Source: an uncultured delta proteobacterium (GTDB lineage Bacteria; Desulfobacterota; Binatia; UBA9968). Taken from it: a stretch of DNA of 64,000 nucleotides. Shown here piece after piece: positions 10,552-20,686 of the stretch; the first letter of the stretch is position 1; the number at the start of each line of letters is the position of its first letter. A program made the translations under genes and the position numbers. The notes beneath the pieces were generated by a model. The model had not been told where the DNA came from. It saw nothing but the letters and a program-made list of their open reading frames with translations, and ran no database searches. The stretch is taken from NCBI GenBank assembly GCA_963816145.1, contig CAWFJP010000005.1, positions 160,001 through 224,000 of the forward strand. The letters run 5' to 3'.

Positions 10552-11565
10552 ATGCTTTACTTTCGAGCGGTGCTGCTGATTCTCCTGGCGATTTCGAGCG
10601 GCGCAGTGGTGGGTCATGCAGCGGTGGCGCCCAACAAGATGACCATCGCTTATGCGTCCATCGGGCCGCGTTCGGCGCCGCTTTGGGCCGCCGACGAGTA
10701 CGGCATCTTTCGAAAATATGGCATCGAGCCGCAAGTGATCTTTGTGCGCGGCGCGCCGACGTTGGTGGCAGCGCTGACTTCAGGCGATATGGATGTCGGC
10801 TACACCGGCGGCACGGCGGTGCTTGGCGCTTCGGTGGCGGGCATCGATCTAAAAATTCTCGCGGTGCTGACCAACCGCGTCACCTACGACGTGGTGGCCC
10901 GGCCCGGCATCAAGAGCGCCGAAGATCTGCGCGGCAAACGCTTCGGCGTCACCAGTATCGGCGGCACACTGTGGATGGGCGGCGTTCTCGGCCTGGAAAA
11001 ACTCGGCCTCGATATCGCCCGCGACGATATCAAGGTTCTGGTGATCGGCGACCAGGTGGTTCTCAGCCAAGCGCTTGAAGACAATCGCATCGACGCTACG
11101 GTGCTTGATCTGGTTTTTAGCAAGCGCCTTGCCCAAAAGGGATTTTCAATTTTGGCCGAACTGCATAAGACCAACCTGCCGATTACCAGCACGAGCATCG
11201 TCGCGCGCCAGGCTTACATCCAGAAAAATCCCCAGTTGATGGAGAATTTCATGAAGGCGGTGATGGAGGGGATCGCCTTCGTGCTCGGTCCGCCGAACAA
11301 AGCTGCGACCCTTAAATTACTTCAAAAGCGCTTGCACGTGAGCGAGCGCGAGGCGGAAGAGGGATTCGTCGACATGCTCATCGGCATGGACAAGAAACCG
11401 TTTCCATCCATGGACGGCTTGCGCAATATCCAGAGGTTGATGAAACTGCGCAATCCGAAAATGGCCGGCATCAAACTGGAAGATCTGGTCGACGATCAGA
11501 TCCTGCGCCGGCTCGACGAGAGCGGATTTATCGACAAGTTGTTCGCCACTCATGGGGTGAAGTAG
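10552..11565 (+). CDS. NMT1/THI5-type ABC substrate-binding protein
   Basis: Signal peptide; FRKYGIE, DLRGKRFGV, EDLVDDQILRRLDESGF motifs. Confidence 0.9.
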   Translation: MLYFRAVLLILLAISSGAVVGHAAVAPNKMTIAYASIGPRSAPLWAADEYGIFRKYGIEPQVIFVRGAPTLVAALTSGDMDVGYTGGTAVLGASVAGIDLKILAVLTNRVTYDVVARPGIKSAEDLRGKRFGVTSIGGTLWMGGVLGLEKLGLDIARDDIKVLVIGDQVVLSQALEDNRIDATVLDLVFSKRLAQKGFSILAELHKTNLPITSTSIVARQAYIQKNPQLMENFMKAVMEGIAFVLGPPNKAATLKLLQKRLHVSEREAEEGFVDMLIGMDKKPFPSMDGLRNIQRLMKLRNPKMAGIKLEDLVDDQILRRLDESGFIDKLFATHGVK

Positions 11566-11694
11566 ATGTTGCCACCCGCTTTCATGCCCGACAACAAAGC
11601 CGATGATTTATCGATCAGTGTGTAGATAGAGAAACTAGACAGTATGGTTCAAAAAAGCGCTGGCTCGGGCTGATACTGACTCTCGGAGGTTGGA

Positions 11695-12756
11695 ATGAAT
11701 CGAAGATCCCTGCTTCTATTGCTTTACACCGGTGGTTTTTTTCTGTTCGCCGGTGCTCCCGCATCGGTCCATTCTCAAGCGCCGTTTTTTCAAGGCAAGA
11801 CGATCAAGATCATCAACAACGATCCCGGCGGCACCGCGGGGTTGCGGGTCAAGGTGGTGATGACGCACCTACGCAAGTATATTCCTGGTAATCCGACTCT
11901 GATTATCGAGTTTGTCGAAGGCGGCGGCGGACGCCGGGCGGCCAATCAGGTTTTTCAAAACGCCAAGCCCGACGGCCTGACCATCGGCGCGCTCAGCAGT
12001 TCGATCATTGGCCTTCAGGTCATGAAAGAGACCGGGGTCATGTACGACATCGATAAATTCATTTATCTCGGTACGCCGGTGAGCGAGAACCACAATGTCA
12101 TCTACACGCGGCGGGAACTCGGTCTCAATTCCCTCGACAAACTGCGCGCGGCGAACGGGCTGCGTCTCGGCGCCCAAGAAGTCGGCGCGGTGGCATATAT
12201 CTCGGCGCGCTTGTTCGCTTACTTTCTCGATCTCAAAGCGCCGAAGTTTGTTACCGGTTACACTTCGCTGGAAGCCGACGTGGCCTTGCGCAATGGTGAG
12301 ATCGATTCGCGCTCCAACAACGTCACTTCCGTTTTGACCCGCAACCGTGAATGGATCGATAAAGGCATCATGGATTTCCATGCGGTCTTGGCGGTGCCCA
12401 AAGACGACAAGCCGTCGCACCCGCGCCTGGCCCAATTGCCGGAGATCGAGAGCTTCGCGAAGACCGACAGGGAGAGGAAGCTACTGACGATGTGGCGCAG
12501 TTTCCGAACCGCGACGACGCCGTTCGTGTTGCCGCCGGCGACGCCGAAGGACCGCGTCGAGACCCTGCAAGAAGCGATGCGCAAGGTATTCACGGATGCC
12601 GAGTTCCGCGCTGAGTTTAAGAAGCTCGCCAACGACGATGCTTCGCCGCTAATGCCCGAAGAGCTGACGAAAGTCATTCATGACATTCCCCGCGATGCCG
12701 AGATTATCGAGTTGCTGCGGAAACTGTCCGGTGTCGATCCGTTGCCTGCGCGTTAG
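11695..12756 (+). CDS. Tripartite tricarboxylate transporter substrate-binding protein (TctC/Bug-like)
   Basis: FFQGKTIKII, PGG, KYIPGNP, AKPDGLTIG, PPATPKDRV motifs. Confidence 0.88.
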   Translation: MNRRSLLLLLYTGGFFLFAGAPASVHSQAPFFQGKTIKIINNDPGGTAGLRVKVVMTHLRKYIPGNPTLIIEFVEGGGGRRAANQVFQNAKPDGLTIGALSSSIIGLQVMKETGVMYDIDKFIYLGTPVSENHNVIYTRRELGLNSLDKLRAANGLRLGAQEVGAVAYISARLFAYFLDLKAPKFVTGYTSLEADVALRNGEIDSRSNNVTSVLTRNREWIDKGIMDFHAVLAVPKDDKPSHPRLAQLPEIESFAKTDRERKLLTMWRSFRTATTPFVLPPATPKDRVETLQEAMRKVFTDAEFRAEFKKLANDDASPLMPEELTKVIHDIPRDAEIIELLRKLSGVDPLPAR

Positions 12757-12880
12757 GGATTCAATCCACGCCTGGATTACTGCTTATAGCATGAGGCGAT
12801 GACAGTGTTTGGAAGGACGATTGAGCTAAAGCGATAAACTGCCAACAGTTAGACACGCCGAGATTATAAAGGAGTTGGGA

Positions 12881-13966
12881 ATGAAGAATAATTCATGGCG
12901 ACTCTTCTTGTTTGTTATCGGCTCGTACGTTGCCTGGGCGCCGCCAAGTTTCTGCGCCGAGAAACCCTTCTATGAGGGGAAGACCCTCACGGTTTTGATC
13001 AATTATGCGGCCGGGGGGCCCACCGACGTCGAGGGGCGGCTGTTGGCGCGCCATCTCGGCCGGCATGTTCAAGGGCAACCGAATGTGATCGTGCAAAATA
13101 TGGCCGGGGCGGGCGGCGTCATCGGCACCAACTACTTGGGCCAGGTAGCCAAAACCGATGGGCTGATGATGGGCTATTTTACCGGCGCGCTATTTCATCA
13201 GCAGGTGAAAAATCCCGCGTTGCGCACGGACCTGTCTAAATATGCTTTCATCTCGGGAATCCAGGGAGTCACCGTGTCTTATATTCGTTCGGATGTCGCC
13301 CCGGGCATCAAAAAGCCCGCCGATCTCATCAAGGCGCAGCGGTTCAAAGCGGGCGGGCTAAGCAACGACAGCTTCAAGGATGTCGCCTTTCGGCTGTCGT
13401 TCGATCTGCTCGGTTTGCAGTACGACTATGTGACCGGTTACAACTCCAGCGCTGACGCCAGACTGGCGGTGCAGCGCAATGAAGTTCAGTACCACGACGA
13501 GACCTTGCCGGGATACCGATCGCAAGTGGAGCCCAGTATGGTCAAACCGGGACAGGTGACGCCGCTCTACTATGCCGATCTCATCGACGCCGACGGCGGC
13601 GTCGCCGATAGCCCCGATGTTCCGGAGCTGCTGCCTTTCACGAAATTTTTTACCCAGGTAACCGGTAAGCCGCCGTCAGGAATCAAGTACGAAGCGTTGA
13701 AGGTGGCCGGCATCGCAGGAACCAATATGACGCGGGCGATGTTACTGCCGCCAGGGTCGCCGAAGGAGGCGGTAGCCGCGTTGAAACAGGCCGCTGCGTC
13801 GCTTTCGAAGGACGACGAATATCTCGCCGACGCGGTTAAAGTGATGCGCTTTCGTCCGAGGTTTGAATTGGGCGCAAGCGGCGAACTGCTTTATCAAAGG
13901 GCCACGGGGATTTCTCCTGACCTAGCTAAGTTCATCAGGCAATTTATCGAGCAGGAGAGAAAGTAA
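12881..13966 (+). CDS. Tripartite tricarboxylate transporter substrate-binding protein (TctC/Bug-like)
   Basis: FYEGKTLT, AAGGPTD, VQNMAGAGG, PPGSPKE motifs; start at 12875 (TTG) or 12881 (ATG). Confidence 0.88.
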   Translation: MKNNSWRLFLFVIGSYVAWAPPSFCAEKPFYEGKTLTVLINYAAGGPTDVEGRLLARHLGRHVQGQPNVIVQNMAGAGGVIGTNYLGQVAKTDGLMMGYFTGALFHQQVKNPALRTDLSKYAFISGIQGVTVSYIRSDVAPGIKKPADLIKAQRFKAGGLSNDSFKDVAFRLSFDLLGLQYDYVTGYNSSADARLAVQRNEVQYHDETLPGYRSQVEPSMVKPGQVTPLYYADLIDADGGVADSPDVPELLPFTKFFTQVTGKPPSGIKYEALKVAGIAGTNMTRAMLLPPGSPKEAVAALKQAAASLSKDDEYLADAVKVMRFRPRFELGASGELLYQRATGISPDLAKFIRQFIEQERK

Positions 13967-14026
13967 ATCTGGGCCAAAGGGTTTCAGGTTTCAGAAGAAA
14001 TCCCCGCCGATTGCAGGCAGTGAGAA

Positions 14027-14093
14027 AGATTTCTCGCTTCGCTCGAAATGACAGAAAGCCAATTGCTGTCATCCCGAACGAAGTGAGGGATCT
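14027..14093. repeat. REP-like inverted pair (GTCAT-CC-GA-CGAAG-GAGG-ATCT type) between convergent genes
   Basis: AGATTTCTCGCTTCGCTCGAAATGACAG (14027-14054) is inverted relative to CTGTCATCCCGAACGAAGTGAGGGATCT (14066-14093). Confidence 0.75.
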
Positions 14094-14181
14094 AGCCAAG
14101 CTCGATCACCATCCAAAGATAGCGTGCGTCCACTGGAGACGGATATTTTCGCGGCAGATGCCGCCGCGACGCTCGCCCTGA

Positions 14182-14613
14182 TTATTTCGCCGGCTGAAAC
14201 TTCGGCAACGTATAGTCCGGCAGGTCCTCGAAGATCACTTCGACGTTCATGCCGATCTTGACTTCTTCCGGCGCGCAGCCGATGACGTTGGTCACCAACC
14301 GCCCGCCCTCCGCGAGGTCTACCAGCGAGACGTTGTAAGGAACCTTGTCCTGGTACGCAGGGTGCCAAGCCCGGTGGTAGGCGATGTGGGAATAGACCGT
14401 TCCCTTGCCGCTGAGCGGCACCCACTGGTAATCGCTCGACAGGCAATGTGGGCAGTGCGACTGCGGCGGGTAACCAAATATTTTATTGCAGGATGCGCAG
14501 CGTTGGGCGGTCAGTTTGTGTTCCCGCAGATTGGCCCAAAACGGTTTGGCTTCAGGCTCTTCGAGATAGGGTTGTCCTCGGCGCGCAGCGCGCCCGCGTT
14601 CGTCTTTGCTCAT
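14182..14613 (-). CDS. Zn-ribbon/OB-fold protein (DUF35 / ChsH2-C-like)
   Basis: PFW...QRCASC...CPHC...SGKGTVYS...VPY...DLAEG; overlaps the thiolase stop codon. Confidence 0.92.
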   Translation of the reverse strand: MSKDERGRAARRGQPYLEEPEAKPFWANLREHKLTAQRCASCNKIFGYPPQSHCPHCLSSDYQWVPLSGKGTVYSHIAYHRAWHPAYQDKVPYNVSLVDLAEGGRLVTNVIGCAPEEVKIGMNVEVIFEDLPDYTLPKFQPAK

Positions 14614-15764
14614 AATGCCCCCAAGATCATCGTTGCATGCATCGCCAGACTGCCGCCATGGCCGCTGACAATACCGACTTTAGCGTTCGGCACTTGCCGT
14701 TCCGGTTCGACTTCGTTGCCGCGCAATTGTTTAACCGCTTCGGTGATGTGCAGTTGCCCTTCGAGATGGGCTTGCGACAGCAACCCCCCGTGTGTGTTGA
14801 GCGGCAGCTGGCCGCCGATGGTAATGCGCCCGTTCTTGACGAAGTCCTTGCCTTCGCCTTTTTTGCAAAAGCCGTAGTCTTCGAGCGTGATCATCGCCGT
14901 GATCGTAAAGCAGTCATAGATTTGCGCGAACTGCATGTCCTTGGGTTTCAGCCCGGCCATGCGATAAGCGGTCTCCGAGGATTTTTTGCCGCCGAGAGTG
15001 GTGAGCGTCGGCGCATCGAGCAGGCTCCAGTGTGGGTGGTGCTGGCCCATGCCCAAGATTGACACCGCTTTCTTGGGGAAATCCCGCGCCCGCTCGGCGC
15101 TGGTCACCAACACTGCGCCGCCGCCGTCGGATTCGAGCGAGCAATCGAACAAACGAAGCGGCGCGACGATCATGCGCGAATTCTGATGATCTTCCATGGT
15201 CATCGGTTTACGCAGCGTGGCATTCTTGTTGAGGCTCGCATGATAGCGCGTCGAGATCGCGACATGGGCGAGGTCCTCGCTGGTGGTGCCGAACTCGTAC
15301 ATATGGCGTTGCGCCGCAAAGGCATGTCCGCCGGCGGCGGCGAAGTGGCCCCATGGTTCTTCCCAATGCTCGTCGCCACGCCGGATAGGATGTCCCGGTG
15401 TCGGATCGGCAGTTGAACGCTTGCGCGCATGGACGCACACGACGGTGCTCGCCATGCCGGCTTCGATGGCCATCACGGCGCACTGGACCATCGCGATGGG
15501 CGTGGCGCCGCCGAGCGCCAGGTCGGTGGCGAACAGCGGATCGATGCCCGCCATATGTGAGAGCTTTGTAGCGTAACTCCGGTGCGCGTCGTTGAGCGGT
15601 TGGTTGGTTAACAGGCCGTCGACCTGCGACGCCTTGATGCCGGCGTCGTCCAGGCAGGCCTTGATCGCTTCGAGATGGAGCGAGTTGGTGGTCGCGTCGG
15701 GCCGTTTCCCCACCACCGTCTCGCCCATTCCCACGATGGCGCATTTGCCGCTGAGGTTTGTCAT
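14610..15764 (-). CDS. Thiolase-like lipid-transfer protein (SCP-x/Ltp2 type)
   Basis: AIVGMGET, PLRLFDCS.ESDGG, QIYDCFT, NTHGGLLS motifs; lacks the nucleophilic Cys (LGGAT). Confidence 0.9.
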   Translation of the reverse strand: MTNLSGKCAIVGMGETVVGKRPDATTNSLHLEAIKACLDDAGIKASQVDGLLTNQPLNDAHRSYATKLSHMAGIDPLFATDLALGGATPIAMVQCAVMAIEAGMASTVVCVHARKRSTADPTPGHPIRRGDEHWEEPWGHFAAAGGHAFAAQRHMYEFGTTSEDLAHVAISTRYHASLNKNATLRKPMTMEDHQNSRMIVAPLRLFDCSLESDGGGAVLVTSAERARDFPKKAVSILGMGQHHPHWSLLDAPTLTTLGGKKSSETAYRMAGLKPKDMQFAQIYDCFTITAMITLEDYGFCKKGEGKDFVKNGRITIGGQLPLNTHGGLLSQAHLEGQLHITEAVKQLRGNEVEPERQVPNAKVGIVSGHGGSLAMHATMILGAL

Positions 15765-15846
15765 GTTTTGCCTTTCGTCGACTTTCAAAAAACTCATTCG
15801 GCAAGGTACATTTTCAGTTCGGTGCCGAATTGTTTCTGTTGTGGCG

Positions 15847-15876
15847 ATCTTATATGGGAGGTTTTTCCACTGTCAA
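15847..15876 (-). promoter_or_regulatory. Putative sigma70 promoter for the thiolase-DUF35 operon
   Basis: Minus strand TTGACA-N18-TAAGAT, about 80 nt upstream of ATG 15764. Confidence 0.5.
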
Positions 15877-16063
15877 GCAAATGGGGTGAATCATTCAAAT
15901 GTAATGTCAATCGTCCTGCAATTTGGCTACCGCTTTGGCTCACACCGGCGTGGATTCAGTTTGCAGTGTTGCAAGGCCGTTTGCTAAATGGGTGGAGCCT
16001 GGGCCACCGGACTGCAGATTTTTCATGTCGGCGAAAAATGGCAACCAGGCGACGCACTAAGGT

Positions 16064-16134
16064 CGTCATACCGTTGGAAAACGGTATCCAGGTTAGGGGC
16101 GGGGGGATGGACCCCGGTTTTCACCGGGGTGACG
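16064..16134. repeat. REP-like inverted pair (CGTCAT..CC..GG.ATCCAG / TGGA.CCCGG..CCGGGGTGACG)
   Basis: Two internally palindromic arms, 16064-16091 and 16108-16134, in inverted orientation. Confidence 0.7.
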
Positions 16135-16269
16135 ATAACGGCGGAGTGATGCAGGGAAAGTCAGATTAGATTCACCAGCGTCAGTAGCCGTCTGCATTTA
16201 GCCAGTGAGTTTGCAACGTTTTTCAGAGACAACACTGGAGAATTTGATTTCTCAGTAACCGGAGGTGTC

Positions 16270-17235
16270 ATGCTTTCTTTTTCAAAAAGGTCGTACCTAA
16301 TCATTGTCTTGTCACTCGGGCTTTCCCAAGAGTCGTCTGCGCGCGACGCGGTGATCGGCTACTCCGGGCGGACCATCGCCGAGATGCCGTTTGCCTGGGC
16401 GAGCCGCAAGGGATTTTTCAAAGAAGCCAATTTGGACGTCAAGATGATCTACATGTCGACCAGCATCGCCGCCAAGGGATTGATGAGCGGCGACGTGGAT
16501 TACTCCACGGCGATGGGCGGGGCATTGCGCGCGGCGATCGCCGGCGCGCCGATTATCGGCATTTATTCCATGTTCAAAGCGCAGATGTACTTAGTGTCGC
16601 AGGGCAAGTACAAGCAGGTTGCCGATCTGAAAGGCAAAACGGTGGGGATCAGCGTCTTCGGCGGCGCCTACGATCTGGCGGCGCGAACGATTCTCAAGCA
16701 TCACGGTCTCGACCCGGAAAAGCAGGTGACCTTGTTGCAGATCGGCGACAGTCGGACACTTTACAGCGCTCTCGCCGCCGGCAGCATCGACAGCGCGATT
16801 TTGGGACCGCCCTACGACATCAAGGCGGAGATCGAGGGCGCCAACCGTCTGTTCGATTCGTCGGAGATCTTCGACATGCCGTTTTCCGGTCTGGCGACCA
16901 GCAAGAAAAAACTGCAGCAAGACCGCGCCGAAGTGAAGGCGATCGTACGCGGCTTGGAGCGCATGCGCCGCTACATCGTTGCGAACCGCGCCGAGGCCGA
17001 GGCGTTTGCCAAGCAGTTTCTTAATTTGAATGACAAAGAAGCGCGCTTGTCGATCGCCCAAATGGTGAAGTCTTTCCGCGACACCGGCCGGACCACCGAC
17101 GAGGCGGTGGTCGATTTCATAGAGACCACACTCAGGAGCACCAAACAAAAAGTCGGCACCATCAAGCCCAGCGACATTGTCGACTGGAGCGTGACGACCG
17201 AAGTGGTGCGGGAACTGGATAAAGAGAAGCGGTAA
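16270..17235 (+). CDS. NMT1/THI5-type ABC substrate-binding protein
   Basis: KGFFKEANLDV and DLKGKTVGIS motifs; GGAGGT RBS. Confidence 0.9.
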   Translation: MLSFSKRSYLIIVLSLGLSQESSARDAVIGYSGRTIAEMPFAWASRKGFFKEANLDVKMIYMSTSIAAKGLMSGDVDYSTAMGGALRAAIAGAPIIGIYSMFKAQMYLVSQGKYKQVADLKGKTVGISVFGGAYDLAARTILKHHGLDPEKQVTLLQIGDSRTLYSALAAGSIDSAILGPPYDIKAEIEGANRLFDSSEIFDMPFSGLATSKKKLQQDRAEVKAIVRGLERMRRYIVANRAEAEAFAKQFLNLNDKEARLSIAQMVKSFRDTGRTTDEAVVDFIETTLRSTKQKVGTIKPSDIVDWSVTTEVVRELDKEKR

Positions 17236-17300
17236 GGGGTGAAGGGTAAGGTGAAAGGGGTATTCCGATCGCCTCACCCCTGACCCTTTACCCCTCACCC
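17235..17300. repeat. Inverted pair of ~7-nt-period AGGGGTG/CACCCCT arms
   Basis: AGGGGTGAAGGGTAAGGTGAAAGGGG ... CCTCACCCCTGACCCTTTACCCCTCACCC; a related single arm lies at 26861-26892. Confidence 0.7.
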
Positions 17301-17321
17301 GCGACCGAAGGGAGCCAACCA

Positions 17322-18438
17322 ATGATAATCGATGCCGACGGCCATACGCATGTTGCCAATGTTGTGTTCGACGAGTATCTCGATCCGGCGTTTCGCGCCA
17401 AGCGGCCGCGCTATGTCGAGCTGGACGACGGCCGCGGTGTTTACCTCATCGAAGGGCGGGTGATCATCAAACCGTCGGGTTGGGGGCCGGGAACGCCGCT
17501 CAGCATCGGCAGCCGCCGTCTCGAAGGCTGCCAGGCCTTCGGCATGGAAAATATCGCCGGCCGCTTGTCCGATCTCGACCGGGAAGGGATCGACGTGCAG
17601 GTGATCTATCCCAATGTCTTGATGTCGATCAACAGTTTCGATGATGCCGCGCTCGCCTCGGCGGTGGCGCGCGCTTACAACCGCTGGATGTCCGATCGCT
17701 GCGCCGAATCCAAGGGCCGCTTGCGCTACGCCGCGGTGGTCGCGCTGCAAGATCCGAGCGCGGCAGCGGACGAGGTCGAATACGCCGCGACCAAGTTAGG
17801 CGCCGTCGGCGTCATGGTGCCGGGCACCATCGGCACGCGCACCCTCGATCATCCCGATCTCTATCCGTTTTGGGAACGAGTGCAGAAATATGACGTCGGC
17901 GTCGGCATCCATACGGTCACGGGTATGTATCCGACAGTGGGCGCGGACTTGTTCGATCACTTCTTCGGTTCCAAGGCGGTCGCCATGCCGCTGACGTTGA
18001 CGGTGGCTCTGGTGTCGCTCATCGCCGGCGGCATCGTCGATCTGTTTCCCAAACTTCGCTTCGGCTTGCTGGAAACCGGCTGCGGCTGGCTGCCGTATTG
18101 GCTCGAACGGCTCGACGACCTGCACGAACGCGGCGAACACGAGCCGGCGATCTACGACGGCCTGCTGCGGCGAAAGATGTCCGGCAAGAGAACCAAGCCC
18201 AGCGATTTGTTTACGTCAGGCCGCATGATCGTCTCCTGCGAGCCCGGCGAGAAGATCTTTGCCCTACGTCGTCAGCGCCGTCGGCGACCAATGCATCATG
18301 TACGCCTCAGACTATCCTCATCCCGACAGCAAATGGCCCAACACCGTCGCGCCGATTCAGAAGGCGGAGATGTCGGCGGTAGCGAAGAAGCGGATACTTG
18401 GGGAGAATGCCGCAAGGTTGTATAAGTTGGGCAATTAA
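17322..18438 (+). CDS. Amidohydrolase family 2 protein, +1 frameshift near 18259
   Basis: IDADGH, DREGIDVQVIYP, LETGCGW motifs. Removing one T in ATCTTTG restores LPYVV...YASDYPHPD...ILGENAARLY ending at TAA 18436-18438. Confidence 0.88.
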
Positions 18439-18694
18439 TGCCGGGGAGAATCGTGCCGGCGACAGGGTAAATTATTGCAGCATAAACTCAAACAACAAAA
18501 CCTCGCGTGGCACTACTTCCCTACTTTGGCGCTTTAGTGGCGTGACCACGAGTATAACTACCCAACTGTTGAATCGACGGGGCAGGGACGATCGAAGTCC
18601 TTTGGCTAAAGTGTCATACGTTCCCTGGTGTTGGTCGGCTATATTGAGTTTTCGCAGATCTGTGTATAGAGGTCGCACTCGTCTCCAAGAATGT

Positions 18695-18723
18695 TTGACA
18701 AAGAATTAGAAAGTAAGGAGAAT
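18695..18723 (+). promoter_or_regulatory. Putative sigma70 (Pc-like) promoter upstream of the integron cassette
   Basis: TTGACA (18695-18700), 17-nt spacer, GAGAAT (18718-18723). Confidence 0.5.
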
Positions 18724-18777
18724 CGCCGCGTATTGTGAATTTTAAAAACTGTCATTCGCAGAACTGCATACTCACAA

Positions 18778-19710
18778 GTTAGACTCGAACGTGACTCATG
18801 CCCAGTGCAACTATCAAATTGTTCTTGGTTAACGGAGAGCCGAAACGTCTGCGAACCGCCGAGCTTTCAAACTGGACCGGCAAAGCCGTCGCCGGGCCGC
18901 GGAGCGAGTTGGATAGCGTGCTCGCTCGTGAAGAATCGCAGAAATCCGGCGTCTACTTTCTCACTGGTAACGACCCCGAGAGTGGGAAAGGTGCCGTCTA
19001 CATCGGCGAGGCCGAATGTGTTCGCGACCGATTGAAGAGCCATCTCGAAAAGGACTTCTGGAATCAGGTCGTCTTCTTCACGAGCAAAGATGAGAATCTT
19101 ACGAAAGCGCACATCCGATACCTCGAAGGTCGCCTAATCGAGCAATCCAGACAGGCCGCCAGGGCTATTGTCCAGAATGGCCAAAGCAGCGGTGCGCGCC
19201 TCCCTGAGTCAGACCGGGAGGATATGGAAATCTTCCTCGAGAAGGTTCATCAGCTCTTGCCAGTGCTGGGCGTCGAGGTGTTGGTTCCAGTTGCAGCACC
19301 GCCTAGCGCCATAACCGAGCGCGAGTTGCTCTTTTGTGAAATCAAAGGGCTCAAAGCGACCGGCCATTTGACGCCCAACGGGTTTGTAGTGCTGGCCGGC
19401 TCGCAGGCTGTTCTCACTGAACGCCCGTCATCGCAGAAGTATCCCTGGCCGCTCAATATGCGCCAAAAACTAAAAGAGGAAGGTATTCTTGTGGCGAAGC
19501 CCGATCACCTCGTGTTCAGTCGGGATGCGGAGTTTTCCAGTCCCAGTGCAGGGGCTGCCGTTATTCATGGCGGGCACGCCAACGGGCTCATCGCGTGGAA
19601 GAACAAGCACGGCAAGACACTGAAGGAGCTTGAGTCCGCATGAGCAGCGAGATCGAGCCTAACCAACGGGTTGAGAAGGACGCGGCGGACCGCGCGTCTC
19701 ACCCATAACG
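18778..19710 (+). mobile_element. Integron gene cassette (GTTAGAC core - ORF - attC)
   Basis: GTTRRRY core GTTAGAC lies 20 nt before the ATG; it is complementary at 6/7 positions to the R'' box GCCTAAC of the downstream attC. Confidence 0.75.
18798..19643 (+). CDS. GIY-YIG nuclease family protein with C-terminal DUF4357 domain
   Basis: GVYFL...VYIGEAE...RLKSH, YLEGRL; C-terminal GFVVLAGS...FSSPSAGAAVIHGGHANG..AWKN. Confidence 0.9.
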   Translation: MPSATIKLFLVNGEPKRLRTAELSNWTGKAVAGPRSELDSVLAREESQKSGVYFLTGNDPESGKGAVYIGEAECVRDRLKSHLEKDFWNQVVFFTSKDENLTKAHIRYLEGRLIEQSRQAARAIVQNGQSSGARLPESDREDMEIFLEKVHQLLPVLGVEVLVPVAAPPSAITERELLFCEIKGLKATGHLTPNGFVVLAGSQAVLTERPSSQKYPWPLNMRQKLKEEGILVAKPDHLVFSRDAEFSSPSAGAAVIHGGHANGLIAWKNKHGKTLKELESA

Positions 19711-19716
19711 TTAGCT
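19657..19716 (+). other. attC recombination site (60 bp)
   Basis: R'' GCCTAAC; GGGT(T)GAGA pairs with TCTCACCC leaving one extra base; central CGCGG-CGGA-CCGCG hairpin; R' GTTAGCT. Confidence 0.8.
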
Positions 19717-19832
19717 GCCAGGGAAGTGTTGCACAACCGATATGGAGCCCCGATATGATGCCAGCTCTTGCAAGCATGCACCGAGCTTGGTTTTGGCTCT
19801 CTTGCTTCTTATTCGATAATTCCTTCATTTTT

Positions 19833-20261
19833 TCACCCGCTGACGTAGCGCACGAGTTGTTCGATTATGAACTGCTGGTCGGCGATGATCGACTTTACGA
19901 TATCGCCGATGGATATCAGACCAACGAGTTTTCCGTCTTCGATGACGGGAAGATGGCGGGTGCGTTTTTCGGTCATCAGCGACATGCATTCTTCGATCGG
20001 TTGGTCGAGGTGAATATACACGACCGGGCTGGTCATGATTTCTTTGACTAACGTGGTCGGAGAGGCGCGGCCGTGGAGAACAATTTTGCGGGCGTAATCG
20101 CGCTCGGATATGAGGCCGACGATTTGCCCGCCTTGCATGACCACCAGGGCGCCGACTTCCTTTTCCGCCATGCGTTGGAGCGCATCGAACACCGTCGCAT
20201 CGGGCTCGACGCACCAAACATCGGTTCCTTTAGTCTTTAGGATATCTCTGACTGTCTGCAT
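19833..20261 (-). CDS. CBS domain pair protein
   Basis: TVRDIL..KG, GALVV, GLISERDY, RHLPV, GLISIGD motifs; GGAGGT RBS. Confidence 0.93.
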   Translation of the reverse strand: MQTVRDILKTKGTDVWCVEPDATVFDALQRMAEKEVGALVVMQGGQIVGLISERDYARKIVLHGRASPTTLVKEIMTSPVVYIHLDQPIEECMSLMTEKRTRHLPVIEDGKLVGLISIGDIVKSIIADQQFIIEQLVRYVSG

Positions 20262-20317
20262 GGGAGACCTCCGTTCGACGCGATAGGGATCTGCGTTGAT
20301 ATAAAAAAGGCGAAGGG

Positions 20318-20584
20318 TTAGTCATCTTCCCAAGGCATCTTTGGCAGTTTGTCGAGGCGTTCGACGAAGCGGTTGAGGTTGAAGGATTGCTGGTTCTTCA
20401 GGACGTCAAAGATCTCCGACGCGACCACAGCGCCGACCATTTGCTTTGCTTCTTTGATTGAGTGGCCCGCCGCAAGAAGACGCTTCAAGGTTTGTTGTGT
20501 CTGCGGTGGATCGTTGTTGCGGAGCTGATTTTCCACCGCTTCCATGACCGCGGCTTGGGCGTATCGATTTACTTTCGGCTTCAT
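20318..20584 (-). CDS. Small conserved hypothetical protein
   Basis: Protein-like 88-aa ORF (EAVENQLRNNDPP.T..TL.RL...G.S..EAK); family not named with confidence. Confidence 0.7.
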   Translation of the reverse strand: MKPKVNRYAQAAVMEAVENQLRNNDPPQTQQTLKRLLAAGHSIKEAKQMVGAVVASEIFDVLKNQQSFNLNRFVERLDKLPKMPWEDD

Positions 20585-20686
20585 CTTGCTTCGTCGCGAG
20601 CGTTATTTAATTGGGCCTTCGAAGCTTTGACAACTCGATCTTGAGCGGCTTCGGGCTTGGTCTTGCTTAGGTACCTATTCTAGTTT

